Shown: in pieces, positions 36,844-45,328 of the stretch
How positions within the stretch are numbered: position 1 is the first letter of the stretch
How the letters are laid out: each line of letters starts with the position of its first letter
IMG/VR virus record: IMGVR_UViG_3300032298_000575
Coordinates: 6,005-70,004 of that record
Length of the DNA stretch: 64,000 nt
Source: a virus
Direction: 5' to 3' (one strand)
Program-made: the position numbers and the translations under genes
Notes under the pieces: model-generated
Told to the model about the DNA's origin: nothing
Seen by the model: only the letters and a program-made list of their open reading frames with translations
The model's database searches: none

Positions 36844-39677
36844 AGGGATCCTCCGTTTACAGCTTCAACGACCTTCTGACCATGTAACATGAGTCGGCCA
36901 AGCCGGGCGTGTCCTGCCCACTCAACACGCAGCGTGAAGTCGTGGCCCAAGTAGGCGGGCACGTCGGTCGCCAAGTTGGCCGTCCTGGGCGGGGTCGGGA
37001 AGCGGACTTGGGGGGCGTAGCCGCGGGAATAGTTGAGAAGCTGCGGTGGGTCGGGATCGTAAGCCGAGACGGTGTTGGCTTGTTCCAACTGGGCTCCCCA
37101 GACGTAGGCTCCAGCAAACCCGTCACCCGCGTATGTCGCACCTCCCGCCGTAGTTGCCAAGCCAATCACGCACTCAGTCGACCCCGCACTATTAGTCATT
37201 GCGGTGATGGAGCAGCGATACCACCCGTTGACGAGAGCCTCAATCCTTGCGGTCGTTCCGGCGCTGGCACTGCTCGCTGTTCCAGTGACCCCACTCAAAT
37301 GGAACCACGCCTCTCGGTTGGCACTGAAAGCCGCGCCCGTGCTATTCATCCGTAAATAGATACGGTCGCGCTCGTCGGATTTGGCGTAGATAGAAAATGT
37401 GTAGGCAGCACCCGAGACCAAAGTCGGGCTGGTGTCAGTCGCCGTATGAACGCCGTTGGTTGTCGTGTCGACGAGTTTATCGGCGTCGATCAGTTCACCG
37501 AGAGGGTTGGCCACTCGGTCGAATATAACCGCGGCGTTGGTCTTGGTCCAAACCGCATTGTCGATTGCCTCGGTGAAGAAAAGTAAATTCTTATCCTGAA
37601 GCAGGAACTCGGTAACGAAGTTGCGCTGAAACGTCTGCCATGTCGTGAAGTTCGGGTAGTCATCGGGGCGGTAAGCCAGCGATGAAGTGAAAATGTTGTC
37701 CGGCCCACCACCGATGTCATCGAACCACAAGTCGCAGCGCAGCAACTTCTTGAGGCTCATGTTGTCTCTAAAATCGTAAGCCCTGGTTACGATGCTCGAA
37801 TTGATGACCCGCGAACCCTCCATCGGGGTGTCGTATTCGTCATTACGAGTGATCTCCCAGATCTCGTTGCGGCGTCCGGTCTCGTCGGAATGCAGGCAGA
37901 TGGCAAAGCACTTGGGCTCACCGTCGAACGTGCCTTGAAGAAGTTTGTATATACGAAGGCCGGTCCAAACACCATCGAACACAGCAGCAGCTTTTCCACG
38001 TCCAGTGGAAACAGACTGGAAGTCGAGCACGGCGATACCGTCGTAGAGTGTCGGGATTGGCTCGGAGGCAAAGGTATCAGCCTGAGTTTGGTTGGCCGCA
38101 CGGCGCGGGTATTGCTTGGGAAGACACGTCATTAAAAGACGGTTGTCGAAGTTGGCGAAGGTCACTCCGTCGAGCATCCACTGGGTATCCTGCTTGAGCA
38201 CGGGATCAATCTCCGCACTCACCGGGGTCAGACCATAGTTGTCAGCCTCGGCCCTGGCGTTGCGGTAGGTGCGGATGCCGTTGCCTTCTCTGCTGCGGAA
38301 AAACAAATCGCCGTTGACCGGAATGACGCTGTCGCTGGTCGATCCAATATTGTCGAAAAGCACGCGCTGGAATCCTTGGGTATTCTTCCATTGATCGCGG
38401 GGGGCAGAGACTTGGAAGGTCACCGCACCGCGCTCGCAGAAAGCGATCAAGTCGCCTTGTCCGGTCGACGTGTCCTGCACCGGAAGAAAGACAAGCCCTG
38501 TAATCCGGCCGAGTTTGCCGGTCGGGGCAAAGCTGCCACCTTCGTTGAGGAATGTATTCTCGGTAAATCGAAGAAGGTCGCTGTCTTGCCCCGCATTGAA
38601 TCGGCTGACAAAGCCCCCGCTGCCCGCGCTGGTCACCGCGACAGGAATCGTAAAAGTGGTCGTAGTGGGGGCGGTCGCCACGGTATAGGTCGAGTTGATT
38701 GTCGGCGTGCTGCTATGGCCCTGGATCGTGATCTGGTCGCCAGCGACAAGTCCGTGGGCACTCGATGTGGTGATGACACTTGGGTTGGCCGCGCTCGAAC
38801 TGGTGATCGCCACGTTGGTTGTGGAGCCGCCGAACACCAAGTCACCGGCAATGATCTCGGCTCCCTCGTTCACCGCGACGAAAAGCCGCCCTTGCCCGTA
38901 AGACATCTGTTTCCCGATCGGGATAACTTGCAATCCGTAGTAACTGGCCCGGCGGAGCACGTAGCCGTCATAGACCCGAGGCTCGTCTTTCCCCGTCTGG
39001 ATAACGAGGAACTTTTCCGCTTGGGTCATGTAGACCGGAACGTCAGCGGAGATCTCATCGGTCGAGTTGAGCAAGTAGCATGAGGCGTTTTCAAAGTTCA
39101 GCGCGTAGATCTTGCCGTCGGCCACAACGATCATCTGGGCGGGGTTTCCCTCGCGGGGATCTTGGTAGACGATTGCCCCTTGGATCAGGATCGCTCCAAT
39201 AATGTCGGAGACGCGATTCCGGCTGGTGTCTCCATCGATCAAGTCGTCCTGATAAGTAGAGTCGACATCCCGGCGTGCTGTGATCGTGCCTGTGACTGAT
39301 CCAGTCTCGGACGTTGGGAAAGTGTAGGAATTCGCATCGACGATCGTGATCCGATGAGTGCCATTGATCCCTGCCGGAGTAGCCCCTGCGATCGTGACTT
39401 GGTCTTTGTTGTCGTAGCCGTGGGCCGTGGCCGAGACTGTCGCTTTACCACCAGCAATCGAAATCGTCACCGTCTGCACAGGACGCGGATTGCGCCAGTA
39501 GGTCGGCGGGATCTCACGAAACCCGGGACGGGTCTTCGGTCCGTTGCCGCCGCGGAAGGTGACGTTAGTGGCATACCAAGCGGCTTCGCTTGGTGTCTGG
39601 GGCGGCTCCTTCGAGCCGTCCATTCCCGCCGGAAGGCCGCGGAAGCCGTCGATAAGACGCTCCGTATCGGCGATCAC
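36840..39677 (-). CDS. Tail nozzle / head stabilization protein (T7 gp12/P22 gp10-like) with inserted domains
   Basis: 945 aa, beta-rich; position after the capsid gene; two AHG(Y/L) beta inserts and an NGWYRC...WGAQLE insert. Confidence 0.65.
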   Translation of the reverse strand: MIADTERLIDGFRGLPAGMDGSKEPPQTPSEAAWYATNVTFRGGNGPKTRPGFREIPPTYWRNPRPVQTVTISIAGGKATVSATAHGYDNKDQVTIAGATPAGINGTHRITIVDANSYTFPTSETGSVTGTITARRDVDSTYQDDLIDGDTSRNRVSDIIGAILIQGAIVYQDPREGNPAQMIVVADGKIYALNFENASCYLLNSTDEISADVPVYMTQAEKFLVIQTGKDEPRVYDGYVLRRASYYGLQVIPIGKQMSYGQGRLFVAVNEGAEIIAGDLVFGGSTTNVAITSSSAANPSVITTSSAHGLVAGDQITIQGHSSTPTINSTYTVATAPTTTTFTIPVAVTSAGSGGFVSRFNAGQDSDLLRFTENTFLNEGGSFAPTGKLGRITGLVFLPVQDTSTGQGDLIAFCERGAVTFQVSAPRDQWKNTQGFQRVLFDNIGSTSDSVIPVNGDLFFRSREGNGIRTYRNARAEADNYGLTPVSAEIDPVLKQDTQWMLDGVTFANFDNRLLMTCLPKQYPRRAANQTQADTFASEPIPTLYDGIAVLDFQSVSTGRGKAAAVFDGVWTGLRIYKLLQGTFDGEPKCFAICLHSDETGRRNEIWEITRNDEYDTPMEGSRVINSSIVTRAYDFRDNMSLKKLLRCDLWFDDIGGGPDNIFTSSLAYRPDDYPNFTTWQTFQRNFVTEFLLQDKNLLFFTEAIDNAVWTKTNAAVIFDRVANPLGELIDADKLVDTTTNGVHTATDTSPTLVSGAAYTFSIYAKSDERDRIYLRMNSTGAAFSANREAWFHLSGVTGTASSASAGTTARIEALVNGWYRCSITAMTNSAGSTECVIGLATTAGGATYAGDGFAGAYVWGAQLEQANTVSAYDPDPPQLLNYSRGYAPQVRFPTPPRTANLATDVPAYLGHDFTLRVEWAGHARLGRLMLHGQKVVEAVNGGSL

Positions 39678-39681
39678 GGGA

Positions 39682-39906
39682 TTATTCCTCCGTCATTCCG
39701 GCGCGGATGGCTTCGTCGAAGCCCATCTCTTCACCAGCGGCTTCGACTTCAGGAGCTTCCTCGGCAGCACCTTCAACGGGAAGACCGTCAACGGCGACCA
39801 AGGTGAGTCCGTCAGCTTCAAGGCGCAGGGTAGCCAGCGCGTCAAAGGTGGAGCCTTCGGTCACGCCATCGGGCGGAACCATGCCTTCGGGAATAGGGAA
39901 TTTCAT
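39682..39906 (-). CDS. Small acidic protein
   Basis: 74 aa directly after the capsid gene. Confidence 0.6.
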   Translation of the reverse strand: MKFPIPEGMVPPDGVTEGSTFDALATLRLEADGLTLVAVDGLPVEGAAEEAPEVEAAGEEMGFDEAIRAGMTEE

Positions 39907-39953
39907 AATGATTGGTTTTCTTGCTCGACGTTACTTTAATGCAGCGCCTCTGG

Positions 39954-39981
39954 CACCCTGGGAGCCGAAACTCCCAGAGTG
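39954..39981 (-). terminator. Stem-loop downstream of the major capsid gene
   Basis: CACTCTGGGAG-TTTCGG-CTCCCAGGGTG on -; no clear U-tract. Confidence 0.55.
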
Positions 39982-39998
39982 ATGTGAGGTGCTACCTC

Positions 39999-41174
39999 TT
40001 AGTAGCAAGCGACCAGATCGAGGGCACGCTGGCAGCGACGGTGGCGAACCACGAAGCCGAGGTCAGGGCGCTCAATTTTCGGGCCGTAGGCGAACAGCGC
40101 CCGGAAGAAGCCGATATTAGAATCGACGTTACAATCCCTCGAAGGGATGTTCCGGAAAACAAATTCTCCGGTCCAGCTATACTGGGGATTGTATTTCATC
40201 GGGCTGGCTGCTTTCGGCTTGGGCACAAGAACCTTCAACACGTCAGCGTGATAAATCACGGTGTCGGTGAATTGAGCGTTCTTATACGCATCCGAAACTT
40301 CCCACTTGTCACCCTTCGACGTCGGGGTCGACGCGAACGGCTGACGGCGAACCCATGCACCGCCGACGAAGTCGTAGCGGGGCGGGAATTCAACCGTGAA
40401 GAAGCGGAAGCCGCGATACACGCCGGACAGACCGGGCGCTCCGAGCATCGGGGACTGGGTCTCCGATCCTTCGTAAGCGTAACGGAAGTCGTCACGGGTG
40501 TTGGCGTCCTGGCGCTTGAGGTCATGGAACGTGAAACGCTCGCCGACTGCCGCGTAGATGGGGGTCATCTCGTCGACACGGGCGAACGGATTGATGCCAC
40601 CGCCTGCGTAGCCCAACTGTTCGTAAATCGCCTCGAGGATACCCCAGGTCAGTTTAGAAGTAGCGGGTGTGACAGGGAAGGTCGCACTACCGGACGGGAG
40701 GTTCGCCGCCGCGACCATTTTGGTGCCGCAAGCGTCGATATACTCGTCCTGATAAGCGTTGGTCCAAACCCATTTCGTGTTCTCAGAAAGAACGCGAACG
40801 ATGTTTTTGACCTGATCTTCGACCTGCCAGGCGAACTGAAGGTCGTCCAGACAGATGTCGGGCGAGTTCAGCGCGGCCTTTTTGAGGCTGGTCTGGCGCA
40901 GGGTGATGCCGAAGTTGTCGATCGACTGACCGGCAGTTCCGCAAGTGCCACCCGCTTCGCCATCCGAGGACTCCCATGCGTTGAAAGAAACCGGGCTGGA
41001 CGAGAGCGTGCGCTCATAGATCGGGTAACTATATTCCGTTCCTTGCCCGTCCATCCACTGCTCACGCGGCAGATACTTCAGGTAGAAATCGGAGTTGATG
41101 ATGTTCTTCGAGACATTGTTCCGGATAAGGCCGGCATGTTCCACGAAGAGAGCTTCAATATTATTGCAAGGCAT
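39999..41174 (-). CDS. Major capsid protein
   Basis: 391 aa after a scaffold-like gene, AGGAG RBS, own promoter, downstream hairpin. Confidence 0.75.
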   Translation of the reverse strand: MPCNNIEALFVEHAGLIRNNVSKNIINSDFYLKYLPREQWMDGQGTEYSYPIYERTLSSSPVSFNAWESSDGEAGGTCGTAGQSIDNFGITLRQTSLKKAALNSPDICLDDLQFAWQVEDQVKNIVRVLSENTKWVWTNAYQDEYIDACGTKMVAAANLPSGSATFPVTPATSKLTWGILEAIYEQLGYAGGGINPFARVDEMTPIYAAVGERFTFHDLKRQDANTRDDFRYAYEGSETQSPMLGAPGLSGVYRGFRFFTVEFPPRYDFVGGAWVRRQPFASTPTSKGDKWEVSDAYKNAQFTDTVIYHADVLKVLVPKPKAASPMKYNPQYSWTGEFVFRNIPSRDCNVDSNIGFFRALFAYGPKIERPDLGFVVRHRRCQRALDLVACY

Positions 41175-41361
41175 AATGCTTGTTTTTCTCCTAATTTGTG
41201 GGGTTATTACTTTGCCTTGATCGGGAGACGCACATGCGGTCCGAGGCTAGTAACAACACCACGATTTTGCTTTTCTCTTCCCGTCGCGGATCGGGCTTCC
41301 TCGCGAACCTAACTTTTCTGATTTCTACCGGATGATTGCCGCTACCCGTAAACGTGAGACT

Positions 41362-41389
41362 AAGTTACGCTCGGTTAAGGGGTTGTCAA
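41362..41389 (-). promoter_or_regulatory. Sigma70-type promoter for the capsid gene
   Basis: TTGACA-N16-TAACTT on -. Confidence 0.55.
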
Positions 41390-41410
41390 ATTACGGGCTT
41401 ATTATAAATG

Positions 41411-41441
41411 CAAAGGGAGGGGGACATTTTGCCCCCTCCCT
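41411..41441 (-). terminator. Intrinsic terminator after the scaffold gene
   Basis: AGGGAGGGGGC-AAAAT-GTCCCCCTCCCT-TTG. Confidence 0.65.
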
Positions 41442-41473
41442 CGCGTCCGGTCACCGAAGTTTCCGGAGGGATT

Positions 41474-42736
41474 TTAAGATAACCCCGACTTGATCGCCGA
41501 GAAGAAGTCCTCGTGCTCGACCTTCTCCTCTTGGCCGCTGCCCACGATTGGGTCGGCTGCTCCCCCACCCGCACCAGGCTTCGCGCTCTGGTATTTCGAG
41601 AGGGTTTTGTTTAGCTCGGCCGTCTTGGCGAACAACTGCTGCACCAGACCATAGAGGAACGGCGAGGCTGCGGCCCGGAGAGCGACTTCGGCTCGTGCTT
41701 GGTCGTTGTCGGCCACCGTGTTCCAATCCAGCCCCGTGGCGAATTGCTCGATCTCCCCGATCTTCTGGTTCCACGCATCGTCGCCTTCACGGCGGCGGAA
41801 GAGCGGAGCTTTCTCGGAGACATCGCCCCAGATCTTCTCCAGGGCTCCCCGATACTGCTTGTTGCGCTGCTCGATGAACGCATTCTGCTGCTCGGTGTGG
41901 TGTTCTTGGATCTTTTCCAGGGCGAGCTTCGCATTGTGGCGCACCTTGTTGGCGATGCCCTCAACCTTCTGCCATTCTTCCGCCATCGCGTAGAAACGCA
42001 TCCGGTCGCGGTCGTTCATGCCGCTGGCCATGTCGACGAGTAGCTCGGTCTGCTTCTCCGGATCGGCTTCGGCAAACGCTACGCGAGCGTCGGCCTCACG
42101 GAACTCATACTTCTTGGCGAAGGATTCGAGTTGTCCGTTGATCCGTTCACGGGGCACCGCGACCGCATCTTTGAATTCCTTGGTCGCCTCGACCCGCGCA
42201 ATTTGAAGCTCGCGCTCGTAGGCGTCGACCGTCTCGCGGAGAGCTTTGACCTCGTCGGGTGCGACATCGGTCGACTTCTTCTCCAGTTCGACCACCTTGG
42301 CTTCAAGTTCCTCGCGGCGACGGCGCTCCTCTTTGAGTGCCTTGCGCTGCTCGGCCCACTTCTTCGTGGCACCTTCGGTCATCGCCCCTTCGGGGGGTGC
42401 GTCGTCCGGCTCCGGCTTGGCCTCGGCTTTCTTCGGTCCGCCCAAGAGTTCAGCCAAAGCGTCGGCATCGGCCGTAGCCGGGGCTTCTGCTTTGGTCGGT
42501 TCCGCAACGGGTTCCGTCTTAGGTGCTTCGGTTTTGGTCTCGGGAGCCTTGGGGGCTTCCGCCTTGGGTGCCTCGGGCGTGGGAGCGCCGATCGAGTTGA
42601 AGGCTTCCGACAGCGAACGAGCCGCGTCGAAAGTCATAGTGCCACCGGCTTCGGAAAGTTCCGGAGTGACGGTGGGTTGTGTTTGGTTGTCCGACGCCGG
42701 GGCGGACGGGTTACTCGGCGTGTTTGCTTCTGCCAT
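41474..42736 (-). CDS. Capsid scaffolding protein
   Basis: Pro/Ala/Glu-rich N-terminus, coiled coils, upstream of the capsid gene. Confidence 0.7.
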   Translation of the reverse strand: MAEANTPSNPSAPASDNQTQPTVTPELSEAGGTMTFDAARSLSEAFNSIGAPTPEAPKAEAPKAPETKTEAPKTEPVAEPTKAEAPATADADALAELLGGPKKAEAKPEPDDAPPEGAMTEGATKKWAEQRKALKEERRRREELEAKVVELEKKSTDVAPDEVKALRETVDAYERELQIARVEATKEFKDAVAVPRERINGQLESFAKKYEFREADARVAFAEADPEKQTELLVDMASGMNDRDRMRFYAMAEEWQKVEGIANKVRHNAKLALEKIQEHHTEQQNAFIEQRNKQYRGALEKIWGDVSEKAPLFRRREGDDAWNQKIGEIEQFATGLDWNTVADNDQARAEVALRAAASPFLYGLVQQLFAKTAELNKTLSKYQSAKPGAGGGAADPIVGSGQEEKVEHEDFFSAIKSGLS

Positions 42737-42739
42737 AAA

Positions 42740-43027
42740 TTATTCGTCGACCAAGCTCGGCATCAGATCTTTGGTGGACGGGACAACCTTGATCGGGGTC
42801 GCCAAGGCTTCGAGGGAACGCAGCGCGTGGAAGAACCCTTCACGGCGGGCGTTTTGCAGGGCGTTGAAAATTAGAAAGTCGACATCGCTCGGCACCGGCA
42901 TCTCGGTCGGCTCTCCCAGATCGCGCAGCACATCCAGGGCGGCTTGCATCGAGGGGTGGCGCAGCACTTCAGCGAGTCCGCCTTGTAGGAGTTCGTTGCG
43001 GCGAAATGAGTTTAGATTGTGTTTCAT
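42740..43027 (-). CDS. Small head-associated protein
   Basis: 95 aa, ARREG motif, directly before the scaffold gene. Confidence 0.6.
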   Translation of the reverse strand: MKHNLNSFRRNELLQGGLAEVLRHPSMQAALDVLRDLGEPTEMPVPSDVDFLIFNALQNARREGFFHALRSLEALATPIKVVPSTKDLMPSLVDE

Positions 43028-43045
43028 AAAGTGGTTGCGGCGTTA

Positions 43046-43561
43046 TTACGCTTTGCTCGGATGAATCCGCAGGAAGGCACGAGCCAACGAGACGTTGCGC
43101 TTCTTGAGCCAAACCCCGTCGCCCGTCTCGGAGTCACGGTCACCGCGGCCATTGGTATTGCCTTCAACTACATCGATCGTCCGAGCCCCCACCCCGACCA
43201 CGATCCCTGTATGGGAGAAGTCAAAGACGACGATGTCACCCACCGCAGCCTTGGCCGATTCGGGTAGCACGGTCACGGTGTTCGGACGCTTCTTGGCCCA
43301 CTCGATCAGTCCGAAAGCCAGTGCCGTGGTCGGTCGCCATTTCGCAGGCGAGCTATGCTTCAACCCGAGCCACTCCTTCGCTTCAGGATACCCGAGCCAC
43401 TGCTGCACGCACCAATCGACAAACGCCGCGCACCAAGGCCAGGGTCCGGGCGGCAAGTTCGATGCGGCTTGGTAGACGCGGACTTTGGCCCCGCGGTTAT
43501 TGCCACCTGATTCACGCACTCCCACTTGGGAAATCGCGACATCCGCCAGCTTTTGAAGCAT
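43046..43561 (-). CDS. Endolysin, CHAP-family amidase/peptidase
   Basis: PWCAAFV, GDIVVF, HTGIV, VEGNT. Confidence 0.85.
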   Translation of the reverse strand: MLQKLADVAISQVGVRESGGNNRGAKVRVYQAASNLPPGPWPWCAAFVDWCVQQWLGYPEAKEWLGLKHSSPAKWRPTTALAFGLIEWAKKRPNTVTVLPESAKAAVGDIVVFDFSHTGIVVGVGARTIDVVEGNTNGRGDRDSETGDGVWLKKRNVSLARAFLRIHPSKA

Positions 43562-43562
43562 A

Positions 43563-43706
43563 CTACTCAGGCTTAACCACTTTTTTCCCGTCGCCCGGCT
43601 CGACCGAGACCGTCATCCTTTTATTGAGGAAGTCGTAGCCGAACCCGATTTTCGGGGTCACGCAGCCGGTGAGGAGCAAAGCCACCGCAGCGACCGCGTA
43701 TTTCAT
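43563..43706 (-). CDS. Small lipoprotein (spanin-like)
   Basis: MKYAVAAVALLLTG-C lipobox, in the lysis cassette. Confidence 0.65.
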   Translation of the reverse strand: MKYAVAAVALLLTGCVTPKIGFGYDFLNKRMTVSVEPGDGKKVVKPE

Positions 43707-43879
43707 TTGCGGGAGAACTTCGCGACGATGTCGGCGACCGCCTTGAGCGTCTTCTCCGGCTGCTCGCCGGGGATGAGCGCGAAGATCGCGATCAAGGCGA
43801 GGATGAGGCCGTAGGCCGCTCCGAGGATTTCCAGCCAATTAAGCTGGCTGACGATTTGGATGATGTTGGTGATGTCCAT
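43703..43879 (-). CDS. Putative holin (58 aa)
   Basis: MDITNII...LEILGAAYGLILALIAIFALIPG transmembrane segment, basic C-terminus. Confidence 0.6.
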   Translation of the reverse strand: MDITNIIQIVSQLNWLEILGAAYGLILALIAIFALIPGEQPEKTLKAVADIVAKFSRK

Positions 43880-43899
43880 AATAGAATGTGTGGTTATTA

Positions 43900-44187
43900 C
43901 TATCGCTGCAAAATTGCCGCCCGCAACCCGTCCATGATGAAAGCCGAGAGCGCCCCGATCGCGGCAGCGATCCCGTAGATCGTCGACTTGGTATTCTCCA
44001 AGTGCTTGAGCCGATCATCATGCTTCTCGAATGATCTCCGGAAGGACTCCTGGTGCTCCAAGATCAGATCTACCTTGGTCTCCAACCGGGCCAACCTTTC
44101 GCCATCATAACTCATAGACGACACATCCCTCCGACGAGGATAGCCGTCGGGATCCAAGAGGTTGAGCGGGTCGCTGACATTCATCAC
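43900..44187 (-). CDS. Coiled-coil plus transmembrane protein (XhlA-like lysis accessory)
   Basis: ERLARLETKVD...RLKHLE followed by a hydrophobic helix; start uncertain. Confidence 0.6.
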   Translation of the reverse strand: MMNVSDPLNLLDPDGYPRRRDVSSMSYDGERLARLETKVDLILEHQESFRRSFEKHDDRLKHLENTKSTIYGIAAAIGALSAFIMDGLRAAILQR

Positions 44188-44202
44188 TAATATGCTTCCG
44201 GA

Positions 44203-44373
44203 TTAGGACTCCTGCAACTGAGGCTCCTCGGCTGCGGTGAGTTGCTTCTCGATACTCATCGCCACCGGCAAGATGCCTGCGGCAGCGTTCAAGCCGCCCG
44301 CCTTGGTCGCAATGTCGAGACACTGCATGACAACCTTTGCTTCGGCTTCTGTGAGTGTGACAGTCTTATTCAT
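44203..44373 (-). CDS. Small fibre-associated chaperone-like protein
   Basis: MNKTVTLTEAEA...LDIATKAGGL. Confidence 0.6.
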   Translation of the reverse strand: MNKTVTLTEAEAKVVMQCLDIATKAGGLNAAAGILPVAMSIEKQLTAAEEPQLQES

Positions 44374-44686
44374 TGGGCTGCTCCTGCTGGCTGGCCAAAT
44401 AGGCCTGTGTCGCGGGAATCGCCGCAATTACGGCGGCAAAAGCGGCGGCAAGTTCGGGCACTGCTACCATGATTTCGGGGTTTAGTGGCGCGGTCATTCG
44501 CTGGACCTGATCACCAGAGGCGATCTGACCATCCGAAGTCGCGGGTAAAAGCTCCACCGTAATGCTTCCCGAATCAGCCGTGGGCTGGATCGCGGAAAGC
44601 GTATACACATGGAGTTTGTCGTAGGTTAAAGACGGAACGGGGTCCGTCACTATTGGGGTTGGGTTGTTTAACATAAAATTAGGCAT
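44366..44686 (-). CDS. Hypothetical tail-fibre-associated protein
   Basis: 106 aa, overlapping start/stop junctions. Confidence 0.6.
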   Translation of the reverse strand: MPNFMLNNPTPIVTDPVPSLTYDKLHVYTLSAIQPTADSGSITVELLPATSDGQIASGDQVQRMTAPLNPEIMVAVPELAAAFAAVIAAIPATQAYLASQQEQPNE

Positions 44687-45326
44687 AAACTCGCGGGTGG
44701 TTGGCGACTGTCGCCGTGTTGTTGTTCGTGATGGTCAAACCTCCGCGCACATCTTGGAGGTTGCGAACGAGCGGAGCGTAAAAGACGAGACTTTGCGGGC
44801 GCACTTTGTCGCAGGTCATGCCGTCAGCGAGGGAAGCGACTTCTGCGGCGGTAAGGGCGGCGTTCCAAATGCCGACTTCGGCCATTTCCCCTTGTGTAAA
44901 ATTAGCGGTAGCATTGCTGGCGATCCGCGTTGCCACTTGAAGACCTGTTGCCGCGTTTTGACTGCCGACATCAGTTGTGTCTTCTGCGGATGCAGAGCCG
45001 TTGAGGTAGGCAAACCTACTTGTCGCTGAGTTGTAGACGCAGCAGGCGTGATCCCATTGGTTGATTGTGGTTGCAGAGCTTGTGACGGCGCGGGAGGTTG
45101 TCGTGACGCCGATGGCGATTGCCTCTACTGCGAATGCTGGACTGCTGCCGCTTCGCAAATTGATTTGGTTGCGGTGCGTTCCAGCGTTGTCTCCCACTGA
45201 AAGAACAGATTGGTTGGTGGCAGTGCTGCTGCGACGAACCCACAACGCCAGCGTCATGGGCGTCCCGCTGGCGGGAGCGGACGCCGTGCTTAAATAGTGA
45301 CTTGTGCCGTTGAATGCGTAAGCCAT
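44679..45326 (-). CDS. LamG / ConA-like lectin domain protein
   Basis: TLALWV, NQWDHAC, AYLNG, GEMAEVGIWNAALTAAEV. Confidence 0.8.
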   Translation of the reverse strand: MAYAFNGTSHYLSTASAPASGTPMTLALWVRRSSTATNQSVLSVGDNAGTHRNQINLRSGSSPAFAVEAIAIGVTTTSRAVTSSATTINQWDHACCVYNSATSRFAYLNGSASAEDTTDVGSQNAATGLQVATRIASNATANFTQGEMAEVGIWNAALTAAEVASLADGMTCDKVRPQSLVFYAPLVRNLQDVRGGLTITNNNTATVANHPRVYA

Positions 45327-45328
45327 GA

